Shown here: positions 13,741 through 24,756 of the stretch, piece after piece
Layout of the letters: the number at the start of each line of letters is the position of its first letter
Position numbering within the stretch: the first letter of the stretch is position 1
From: Takakia lepidozioides
Taxonomy: Eukaryota > Plantae > Bryophyta
Length of the DNA stretch: 64,000 nt
NCBI GenBank assembly: GCA_030704615.1
Contig: CM060734.1
Location: forward strand, 42,842,001-42,906,000
Direction of reading: 5' to 3'
The notes under the pieces: model-generated
What the model was told of the DNA's origin: nothing
The model's input: the letters and a program-made list of their open reading frames with translations, nothing else
Databases searched by the model: none
Made by a program: the position numbers and the translations under genes

Positions 13741-14812
13741 TAGTAGAGAAAATACAAAAGATAATAAAAATATGTAGGAAATTAATGCACACTTGCAACC
13801 TCAGGTTGGTATGCCAGTTTCCGGCATGTCAAATTTTCCCCACCCTGAGTGACATGGAACTGATGGAGTGTAACTCCAGTCAGGGTTACACTGGGTAACA
13901 CGACGAGGTGTGTAACTCCACTTAGCACTAAAGAAACGCGAGTACCGAGGGGACTGGTGTGAAAAGAACGTGTGTGAAAAGAACGTGATGATGCTAAGTG
14001 CCACGGAGGTTCCCGCGTCGTGACACTTTTGAACGCTGCCCAACGGCCACTAGCTTGTGGCAGTGTTTGCGTTGTGGGTCTAGGCCTCCGTCGTTTGCAG
14101 ATCCCTGCGCTTGCATCTGCGGGTTGTGTAGGTTTCCATCGCCGGTCTTGTCCGTGCCATTTGAGATTCGAGCAGAGCAGACATGCTTAATTTTGTGGTT
14201 GATTTCTTTTCCTCAAACACGGAGATCTGTTGGCATTTTTCGGTTTTAGTCAACTTGTTCTTCCGGATGACGTTAGATTTAAGAGCGGCAGACACATTTT
14301 TACAGGTTCCATAGGATGTATACGCCCTTAAATGTTTGGACGACTCTTGTTTATCACATAGACGGATAGCTATTAACTTTTTGATCTTGTTTCTATGTAT
14401 GTGTGTGAGAGAGGAAGGAGCTCTTTCAATCCATCTGCTTCTCGCCCACTTACAAACGCAGACAAACATGCAGTTTTAGGGGTTTGTTTTGCCCCTCAAT
14501 CTGGTTAGGGAACAGGGAAATCACACTTTATCAGAGGTTTGAACCCTTCTCCCTCCCGCGAATTTTACCGCTACATATCACAGGGAAACTTCCAAGGATC
14601 TGGAAGACACATTACAGAGGGCAAAGGTGTCCACGGCACCTCGCAGCAGAGAATGAGGTATATAGATCGTAAAAAGGGAAACTCGCCATGTGGGGAGGCA
14701 CTCTAACACCCGCCCAGAAGCTTGGATGCCATCACATTTGATTACCAATAGCGCAGGTTAGGGTTTCCAGCCAGAGGCAACGTTGAAGAGAAGCTCGACT
14801 CGCTCGAAGACC

Positions 14813-17670
14813 ATGCGGGGAACAACTTCCCGAGAAAATTCTGCGCAAAATAAGAGGGAGTCGCTTCGGAGTTCAATTCGTCAAAAGAAGGGTCCAGCAG
14901 TGGGAACCCCAGGCCAACAATCTGGACCAGACAAAGAGAATGTTCCCCGAGATGGCTTCACCCTCGTAAGTGTTTGCCAAAACCTGCTTTGGAAGTTCCC
15001 AAAGTCAATCTGTTTTGGGAGAGCTATTTTAGACCCAGGAGGAAGATAGATGGCAAATGATGAATTGGCGGAAAATCTCACCGTGGCAGCTTATCAGGGT
15101 CCCCGCTGCCTCAAAACATTGTCCGCATGCATTTGAAAGGTGGTTAAGGAAAGGAGTTGAACAGTATATGCATCGTAGTCATCTAGATCCTCAGGTATTT
15201 TGCCACACATCACCTGCATCATCTTGTCTGGGGCTGTCACTCACTTTTTGTGCCTGGGGTGTTGCAGCTCCAGGAGGCATATGATAAGCTACATGCAAAG
15301 TACACGAGCCTCAAGGTGCCAACTTTCCCTGTCATTTATCCCATGATTTACAGTTGCCTCAGACACATGGCAGGCTATCTGGTCACCAAATGCTATAACA
15401 CAGGCCGCCTGTCTCTGAAAATGGCATCTTCTTTATGCAGTGCTTGGGTGTCTCCTGTTCAGCCCAAACTGTTAGTAAACACCAATTTCTACTTCTCCCT
15501 CTTGCATATCTCAACCTACAAACTGATCTGTCTTTAATAATCAAGGCCAACAATGTTATGGAAATGTGAGCTTTACTCGAGTGCTAGTTTAGGGATGAGT
15601 GGTTGTGTATAGGCAATATTCCTTTCTTTCAGTGATATCCATGGAAGTTGTTTAGGATTTATCCTTTTGTTCCTTAAAGAGCTCTACTAGCTCTACTATA
15701 CTTAATGGTGTCCAAGTTTTCCTGCCTTGTAGGCCAGGGAGCTAAGTGAGGCGACCGCATTGTTTGAGGAACAGAGACGTCGCACTGCAGGATTCACCCA
15801 GGGCAAGCTTCTTCTTTGCCCTTGCTCTGTCATCTTCTTGGACTCTTCTTCTTAAATCTTTATGATCCAACCCCGAATGAGGACATCTGGTGCCTCTCGA
15901 GTTTCTTTGAAACTCATTGAGCAGATTGTTGAGCAGAATGTTGATGCAATGAAGGATTTCCTTTAGTATCTTGGGCGTGGTTGGTAATCTCATATGGTTT
16001 GAATGTGCAGCGGCAGAGGCATTTATCCAAGAACTGCAAACAGAGAACCTGCATCTTAAGAAGCAGATAGAGGAATCAGGTGTTGAAGCAGGTCAGAACA
16101 GGTGGGATACTCACCTGGCATATAATGTTGAAGTCAATTAGGCAAGTTGGCATGATATGGCCTCGTATGAGGCATGTAGGGCCGGGCCTGACATTTGAGT
16201 GGTCCATGAATTGTAGGTTGAGGTGGCTGGAGAGGGCATACATAGAGAGCCAAAATGACCTGGTGAGGGAGCGTGCACAAAGTAAGTTTGATATGGTTTT
16301 CTCTCCTTTTCTTTCATGTCATTTGAGGGGAATTTACAATTGAGTGAGTGTGCCTCTACATGTTCTACCATGGCCCCAACGATTAATAGATATCATGGAC
16401 CTTTGCCCACCCGCTCTTGAGGATGAAACAAGCTTCAGTGATGAGGAATACATAGATTCTAGTACCCGGTATGTGAACAATAGTATATCAATAGTCAGAT
16501 ACCTATGAGGTTCCTGCAGGCAAGGATTCAAAATGGCTCTAAAGAAGCTAAAGTGATCAGCAACATAGTTAAAACTGATTAGTATATTTGTTAATATGAT
16601 ACTGGGATCACCTGCTGATAGGTTTGGTTTTGGAAACAGATGTGGAGTTGCAAAGGCATATATTGGATATTGAGTCATCTGCCACAACAGCTCTACCAAT
16701 GAGTGATCCTGATTTTATATACCCCTCTCAACCACCTCCTTGTTACACACAAGCTGACGAGGGTGAGGCACCCCCACAAGAAGAGGCACACCCTCTTGGC
16801 TCACAACCACATGACCTACAGTCTCCCACACCCAATCATTGCAACGGTGCAATCTTTGGAGTTCAAAGAGATTGTTCAGTAGACGGTGACAAAGGGGAGC
16901 AGGTGGATCTAGAGATGCAAGACATTAGCAGATTCGAACAAGAAGTTCAGCACATCAACGCTGCAGGTCTTGTATATGCACATATTACCTTCACTTGTTA
17001 CAATTGTACCTAGGTACTACGTGCAACTGAAAGTAAGGAGCCCTGCCTTGCAAGAAACAAATCAGAACTTAAAAGTTTCAAGAGAATAATTAGAGAATAG
17101 CAGCAACAATAGAGGACTAGAATCTCTTTGACCAATGTTAAGATGGGGTAGCTTGGGAAAAGAAGTTTACTACTGCCAAGTAACCCTTTTCAAAATTTGC
17201 AGTTGCAGAAGAAGCACTTACTGAGAGAAGCTTATTACAAGAGCTGCTGCAGCAGATGACGGAGCTGAGCCTGGTTATTGATACAAAAGGGAGGACACGA
17301 GGAGAGTCACCAAAGCTTATCTTTACTCATCCCTCAACTGGTAGGTTTTCTGACACAGCCTCCTTCCTTGGCAACATCCCTACTCATGATCATGGCCTGT
17401 TATCTTATTCTTGACCTCTCTTCATCTGCTCCTCCTGAAAGCACTTTGTAACAATACGCAGGATTCTCATTCAAGCTGGAACACATCACTGAGGATGACA
17501 CATGGCTGGAACTGGGGTCGAAAGGGGCATTGGAGTATGAGGTCCTTTCTCTAGGAACCCTAGTAAAATGTGCACCTGCCTGGATGCGGGAGAACATCGC
17601 TTTCCCTCTCAACCAAGTACAATGCTTTATCTGGCGACTTGTTGACAGAGCAGAGGGTGCCAATTCCTAG
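14813..17670 (+). CDS. TTN9: TITAN9-like / Csm1 (monopolin)-like coiled-coil + RWD-type protein, 9 exons
   Basis: Exons 14813-14965, 15033-15194, 15268-15315, 15733-15802 (GC donor), 16011-16101, 16217-16281, 16622-16966, 17203-17340, 17462-17670, all phase-compatible. LQEAYDKLHAKYTSLK and C-terminal HPSTGFSFKLEH...LEYEVLSLGTLVKCAPAWMRENIAF resemble the conserved ends of Arabidopsis TTN9 as recalled. The start codon is uncertain. Confidence 0.8.
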
Positions 17671-18359
17671 CAGTATGCCACAGGTGGCTTATTTGTATAT
17701 TAATTTGTTCAATATGAGCTTGTAGATGCTGGTTTGAACGAGTCACCTTCATGCATGATGCCTCTCCCTTCATTTCTTTTAACCCCTAACTCCTGATTCC
17801 CCTAATCTCCCTTCAGGGGTTGATGCTGAACTAACTATATGGCCTGTTTCCTCGTCATGTGAATTTTACATCCACCACCATTTCACTGTATCAGGGTCTC
17901 TGTTTCGATGCTCATGTTGCTCCAGTCCCTCCATTTCTGCTCTAACAACTAGGCTTCTGTCTGCTATCCTGATACCTCGGCGGTAATCTTTTTCTCTCTT
18001 CCTTTCTTGCTTGGGATTTGATTCTGGTGACAACAAATAGACCAGTAGATAAGTAGATAAATTAGAATATATATGTCCTCTCTGCCATGTCATCATTGCC
18101 ACGTTTCGGAGGCCACATCAACAACGTACATTCTTGAAGCCGCCCAAATTGCCCGGAAAAAGAACTTGATTATGAAAATCCTTTTTGTCAAATCTGCTCT
18201 AATGTCTTTTTCCGTTTTTTCTTTTCTTCTTTCTTCTTTTTGTTTGTTCACATATTCAATGTAAATGTTATAGCAGTGTAATAGCACTTCCAGGCATTAC
18301 TTTGATTTCGTGGTAAACAGCATAATAGTACATGTAAATATGATAATGATAATAGCTAT

Positions 18360-18990
18360 CTTCTATCCTTGTCCCTTCTCTGGTAGCCTTAGGATTAGTT
18401 GGTTCCTTGGAACTTCTCTGGTTTGAGGTTAATCGATTGCTTAGGTTTAGTATAGTTCTGATGGACTTGCTGAACTCCGGCTTTCTGGTAGCTTTTGAAT
18501 TAGTTGATTACCCTGGAGCTTCCTTCTGGCTTCTAGGTTAGTGCTTGGATCTTTGAGGTGACTCTACTCTGTTCCCTCTCTCCTCTCCCCTCCCTTGTGG
18601 GTTCCTGGTTCGGAGTGGTGCCTCATTAATCTGCCTTATGGCTCTTTGTAATTCCTTACCCCTCAATAAAATATATCAGGGCTACAATCCCCCTGTTCAC
18701 TTATATTTTTTGTGTTTTAAAGAAAACCTAATGAAATGTCGAAACTCTTGCTATTGAATTTCTGTCTCTTGTCTATAGTTTGGATAGTTAAAAAATATAG
18801 ATCTATTAAAACATTTTAATTGCACATCAATAAAATCAAACAAATTCATAATGAAATGAATTTGCTGCCTTCCTTGTTTCCCCTAATTCTCTCCTGCTCT
18901 TCTCCCTCTTATCTTGGCCTTAGGCTCTGAGTGGAGCCTCTGTTCTCCGCCTTATGGCTTTTGTAAGGTTATTTTTTCCATACTTTTTTT
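18360..18990 (+). mobile_element. Two short LINE-like 3'-end remnants; the second is split by the long LINE and its tail lies at ~47673-47745
   Basis: Pyrimidine-rich tract + GAGTGG.GCCTC...GCCTTATGGCT(C)TTTGTAA at ~18570-18650 and ~18860-18967. The tail AATAAA...GCTACAATCCCCC follows the first copy at 18665-18700, but for the second copy it appears only at 47684-47712, followed by an A-rich tract. Confidence 0.6.
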
Positions 18991-21710
18991 TAAAAGATTT
19001 TTTTTTTTTTTAAAGAAAGGGACAGAGGCCCTTTTAATCAAATTAAATTAAACAAAGGTTCAAAAGGTGGAAATAATAACCACCTAGGGAGGCCGAGGAG
19101 GCTAACAGAGGGGGAACTTCCCCGTTACCCTAGCGAACCTGCTAAGCAGAAGGGGAGAGAGAGAGAGAGGTGCAGAATAGGAACAGTAAGAGGAAAGTCC
19201 AGGCAGTCCAAAAACAATCTGGAACTAAGCAAGGAGAGAGGGGCCCTTTACGCAAGGTTAGGAAGATGGACACTGAAGCAGCATTCTAAAGCATAAATCG
19301 TGGAGAATCGAAGCTGCGAAGGAGGTGAGGGAGGTGAGGGCCTCGAAGCAGAGCCGCAGGTATTAAAATCAGAACTTGAGCTGAGTTCTGGATTTAGTGT
19401 CTCTAGCTCGCTTATGATGCCAATTGAATTCTGATTCCTCCCCGTCACCATGAATCATAGAAGTCTTGAAGCAGCTTCCGCCCCCGTTGCTCCGAAGTTC
19501 TGGGAAGAGCTGTACAGACAGTAAACCATGCTTTCCTCCCCGTAGTAAGCAGGTCATGGTAAGTATGAAATGATATTGATCTGCCTCTGGAGGGTTTCCC
19601 CTCGAAAACCCAAGCACATCTACTTTTCCACAAATTCTATAATGTAAGAGCTCTAAGACCTGCCCAAACTGGACAGACGTTTTTTGGCTGGCCAGGTAGA
19701 AAATTAAGCAGAAGCAGAGATTGGGGAGGAGGGTTTGGAAAGATGTCCCAGTGAGAGTAGAAACTGATGACCAAACTCCAGATTATGTTTGACATATTGC
19801 AGAGCAGTAAGCAATGTTCAATAGATTTTGGGTTTGCATGACAGAGAGTGCATGTTGGATCATCCTCATGTGTCTTCCGTCTGACAGGGAGGATCCTATG
19901 TGCGAGCTTCCAAAGGAAACCTGATAGCTTGGTCTGTCCTTCCTCCATATGTCTTTCCAGATGTTGTTCCATGTGTTCTGGCCAAGTTGCAGGCTGCCCC
20001 ATTTGTTGGACCACCTGTTTTTGAATGAGCGCGAGGGGTTGATGAGAGCATAACTTTTCTTGACAGAGTAGGAAAAAAATGGTGTTTTTTTCTTATCCAT
20101 CCACCTCCACTCCGCCGGGTCAAATTGCAAATCAGTCAAGGGGCATTTGAGAAACCAGGTTAGAGTTTCTTGTCGAGCCCATTGAGCTTCCAAACCCGGA
20201 GGAGGCGTGGGGTTGGGATTTCTGAGGCTGTCCAGCACCCTGATGTGGAACAGCGAAGACCGATTCATCTCCACTCTTTCTGAACATGTGAGATGCCCTT
20301 CCAGGTCAGCCAAGAAACCTAGACCAGACACCACCAGTTCTGTAGATGTCAAGACAAGCATGACCGGAATGTGATTCGCTTGTGAAGATGTCATCCAAGC
20401 AGGGGTTATGGATGTGTGGTCATCTTCATCTAGCAAGGGGCTCATATATTGAGGCACATTGGCAAGTATGATGTTCCAGGCCCTGGCTCTCCTCCGACCC
20501 ATCATTTCAGACGCCATTGCCTCACTCATGAATTGACCATCCAACCGCATATTGGCAATGTGAGTGAAACATTGTCTTCCCAGAAAGCCCATCTCGGGGT
20601 TTGGGTAAGTAGAATTCCAGAGTCCATGTTGTAGTTGGCAAACAAAGGTTGCCGCAAGCATTCTTGCTTATTTGCTGACATTCTTTGTGTGAGATTGCCT
20701 CTCATGCAATGCCATGCTTTCCAGATGGACTGCCAGGGTCTGGAGCCCAATGAGACTGCGGTGTTTCTGCCTTGAACTATCCATCTTAGTGATTGAGCCC
20801 AGAGATGAGAGGTTGTGGGTAGGGACCCCATCAAGTAAGGTTGAATGAGCTTGCTCCATGGCGCATCCATGTGTGTTTATTGCCCTTGGAATCCATTTTG
20901 CTAGCAAAGCCTTGATCTGAGCAGCAGGGTCAATAATGCCTAGCCCACCTTGCATTTTCTTCTGACATGACTGCTCCCAGGAGAGCAACGCTCTTCTCAC
21001 ATGTGCTGCCGTAGTGACTTAATTTCTTTGACCATGGACTTGTCTGGATCCCACACCGCCGTGAAGTACCAGATAGAGTTGGAAAGCACCTGGTTTGCCA
21101 CTAGTGTCCTTCCCACAATTGATAGCATGGTTGTAGACCAGAAAGCGAGATTTCTTTTGAATCTTGTGATCACTGCTTTCTATGTGGTCTGCTGCAACAT
21201 GTTTAGGACTATCTGGTGACCTAGCAGAGTATGAATCTGTCCTTCCTGTAGCCAGTTTAAGCCCAGATCAGCTCCCCAGGCTTGACAGTGAGCAGTGCCT
21301 ACTCCACTATGTAGTAGAGACAGAATTCCCATAGATTTCCTCCAGTTGACCTTAAGCCCTGAACCTAGGCAGAAAGTGTGAAGGGCTTGAAGTGCCCTGT
21401 CAACGTTGCTGCGTATGGAGTTATCAAGGAGAAGGCAAGTATCATTTGCATGCATGGACAGCTTGAGCATTTCAGTATGCAGGGTGGGCAGTTGAAGACC
21501 GAGAATATCATGTGTTTGTCAAGTTATTTTACCACTAATGTGAAACTAGCTAGGAAATAGCTAGCTTTTACATATTGACATTTGGGATTGGCCCAAGTGT
21601 CAATCCAGGGTTCAAGGCAGATTTAGGCCCTAGAGTGGTTATCTTCACGGCAAGCGCGGGAGGCTCATCTTTCTCGAGTTGAGCCTCACCGCGCCTAGCT
21701 ATGGCACCGT

Positions 21711-22110
21711 CACTGGTCACAGCCGTCACAGCTGTCACAGCCCCAAAAGCCACAGGTCACAGCCTGTCATAGCTCTACACAGGTCACAGGGTCACAGCCC
21801 ATCACAGCCCCAAAGGCCACCTGTCAGAGCCTGTTAGAGCCCCCAAGGCCACAGGTCACAGCCTGTCACAACCCTACAAAGGTCACAGGGGTCACAGCCC
21901 CAAAGGCCACAGCCTATCACAGCCCCTCACAGCCCATCACAGCCTGTCACAGCCCTACACAGGTCACAGGGGTCACAGCCCCAAAGGCCACAGCTTGTCA
22001 CAGCCCCACAGGCCATAGGGCACAGCCTGTCACAGCCCCTCACAGCCCATCATAGCCCGTCACAGCCCCACAGGCCACAGGGCACAGCCTGTCACAGCCC
22101 GCCACGGCCA
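21711..22110. repeat. CACAGCC / GTCACAGCCCC degenerate tandem array
   Basis: About 400 bp of units such as GGCCACAGGTCACAGCCTGTCACAGCCCC, immediately after repeat A1. Confidence 0.9.
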
Positions 22111-23465
22111 ACCATAGGAGTGCTTGCGGTGGATGCAGGTGCAGGTGTAGGCTATGTTAGGAACCTAGTATTCCTCATAGTGCGGAAAACCCTTAACAGA
22201 GGAGTAGAAAGCAAATCACCGTTGTTTCATGGTGATGGTCGGTAGCGACAATCCCTTTCTGGGACATTCCACTCAATCTCTACGCAGATCTTCAACAATG
22301 AAATGGAAGTTAGAGAAAACTTACTGGCGCCTTCTTAGGTTTTGAAATTGGATCCCCTTCTGCAGCTTTCCTCTTCCCTCTCACATCTGCTGGAATTTCT
22401 GTCTGCTCTAGGGTTTCTGGACCTTCTCCCGGTTCAGCGTTCCCCGTACTTCCACCTCCTTCAGTTTCCCTGCGAGTCATATCTGCATCCACAGGCTGGT
22501 TTCCAACGCGCACTGTTATCGCCGACTGTGTCACAGCCACTGCCTCAGTCTCGGTCTGCTCTTGTGAATCAGTCTCCGCGTTCACCTGCTGCCTTGGCCC
22601 TGAGTTCTCCAACAAACGACGCCTCGTTATTTGCTCTCTTGCTCTGCGTCTCTCTCTAAGGGAAGTAAAATAAAGAGACTTTCTTCTATTTTGTATTGTA
22701 GAAAGAACCCTCTCCAGCTTAACTACCACTCTCCCTCTAAGCGCAAAAAGTATAAAAACGACGTGACTCCCGATTTCTTGCGGGATTGCGTGCGTTGTGG
22801 CTTGTCTCTAGAAGCATCGGATTCCCTCTCGTCATTCCCTTATTAGTGCACATGCCAGCAATTAGTGTACAGCTGTTCGTATTCAATATAGTTATCGATG
22901 TCTGACGTGTGTCGCCCAAAATAAATGGCGTGTTCTTTATTAGAACGGTTTCAATATTTAAAAATAACAGCGAATCCCAGAAATCTTTGCGCACAGTCTT
23001 AGACAAATATATGTAAATGAACGAGAGTTTGATGACAAATTTTGGGATATCATACACGTTCATCCTTGTTAGCCAACCCCACGTTCGTTTCACATTTTGA
23101 ACTTTCCAGGTGTGCATGATCATTGGTAGTAGTATAAAGATGCATTTACTTAATCTGCAATCCCACCCTCAGATCCTGTGGCATGCTTCCAGGAAGTTGG
23201 CTTGTTATTGTGTTTATTGATGAGGTTCGGTTTAACAGCTGCCGACATTGCTCCTAGGGATACTCTGACCACAGGGCCCACAAAAAAAGTAATTAAAATG
23301 GACGGCTGCATATCTGGAAGGAATAACAGAATATGCACAGTCGTCGTCTAAGCTTCCTCCGCCATATTCTCTGCTCATTCTTCAACTGTGTTATGGAGAC
23401 ATCAGTAAACCGATTTACACTTAAGGTCTGCGATAGCAAGGTATCAACGTACGCGAGGAAGGAAG

Positions 23466-24578
23466 ATGGCTTCCTCTGAAGCGGAGTTCTTCTCTGACGA
23501 CAAAACAGTGCCGTTCTCCCATGAAGTCCTTGACAATGGATTTGCAATTGTTCTGGAACATGTCTTGGCTACCCGTTTTCAGCTTCAGAATGGCTCCATC
23601 TTTTTGGAGAAAGAGGTGTACGATTTGAAAGGGAAGTTGTTGAAATACTCTTTCCAAAACCGTGATGAGACGGCTCATGTCAGCCAGTGGAGAGTGCGCC
23701 TTGGTCGATACAGAGTACTTGGAGAGCCTCGGCAAAAGTCCCTTGGATCATATGTGACGCCCGGGACTGCTGCTTCGGTCGTTGAAGACAAGAGGGAGGT
23801 GGTGGTGAAAAAAGAACAGACGTCCTCCACTCCAATCGTTGAGCTTTCAGATTCGTCCGATGATGACATAAGAGAAATTCCAAATCCAGTCCTTCCTACT
23901 GTGGTTGGAGAAGCTGATGAAGAAGAGATTTGTAGTGTCATTCCAAAACTACGGGCGATGGGAGGAATGGCTGGATTCAAAAGTGAGTTGCGAGGAATTG
24001 ATTGGGAATCTTTGAAGCAGGTGCCTGTGAATTTCTTGCCAGAGACTTTTGATGGCGATATCCTATTCGAGCTGCCTCCTCCTCCGCGAGTTGGAGGTGT
24101 AACAATCATGATGCATGGAATGGACAAGAAACACGACGGGCACCCGTGGTGCAGAACAAAAACATCCAATATTCAGAATGATGACAAGCTTGTTTTCAGG
24201 AGAACAGTTTGCAATGGACACCTTAGGTGTGATAATTTGAATTGCAGACACTTTCTTCAGTCTGGGGTTCATAATCAAAGCGAATGGGAGGGTCTGGCGG
24301 AAAATCCATTTCAGCCTGGGACTGCCCCACCACCGGCAAACACTTTCGTCTGCAAATTCTGCAAACTTGTGCCATCCTGCTTGGCGCTCTGCGGAGCAAC
24401 AATGTACTATGTTGTCCACCGTTTGAAGAAAGACAGCACAGTCAAAGAGAAGTCCCCAACTTGGGAGACATTGTCTTCATTCCTCACTCTGGTAAATTCC
24501 TTATCCACTCCCCTCCTGTTCACTTGGTTCTTGCAGTGTGATCAAATGTCCTTTGAATTGAATGGCTTTGGGGGGTGA
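23466..24578 (+). CDS. Cys/His-rich protein with a GCM-like zinc-binding motif; probably DNA-transposon-derived and C-terminally truncated
   Basis: 370-aa ORF. MDKKHDGHPWCRTKTSNIQND...FRRTVCNGHLRCDNLNC...CKFCK...CLALC resembles the GCM/WRKY-like Zn fold spacing. No catalytic transposase domain is visible. Confidence 0.5.
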   Translation: MASSEAEFFSDDKTVPFSHEVLDNGFAIVLEHVLATRFQLQNGSIFLEKEVYDLKGKLLKYSFQNRDETAHVSQWRVRLGRYRVLGEPRQKSLGSYVTPGTAASVVEDKREVVVKKEQTSSTPIVELSDSSDDDIREIPNPVLPTVVGEADEEEICSVIPKLRAMGGMAGFKSELRGIDWESLKQVPVNFLPETFDGDILFELPPPPRVGGVTIMMHGMDKKHDGHPWCRTKTSNIQNDDKLVFRRTVCNGHLRCDNLNCRHFLQSGVHNQSEWEGLAENPFQPGTAPPPANTFVCKFCKLVPSCLALCGATMYYVVHRLKKDSTVKEKSPTWETLSSFLTLVNSLSTPLLFTWFLQCDQMSFELNGFGG

Positions 24579-24756
24579 AGGCTGGGAAATGTCCATCGTG
24601 GGTGAACGGAGAGAAAAAACCCTTTGCCTGTGAGCTTGTTGTTGTGGACATTCCAGACGGGCATAAGCCGCAACAAGTTCTCTACCCGGTTACCTTGTGG
24701 AGAGGGGGTTAGGGACATGTTCCTGACCGGTTGAGTGATAGTTTGTCAACACGGAG

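Noticed and set aside
21711-24750. Nested CACTA element starting CACTG at 21711
   Set aside because: No matching inverted terminus with a TSD was found, and the supposedly interrupted LTR does not resume downstream.
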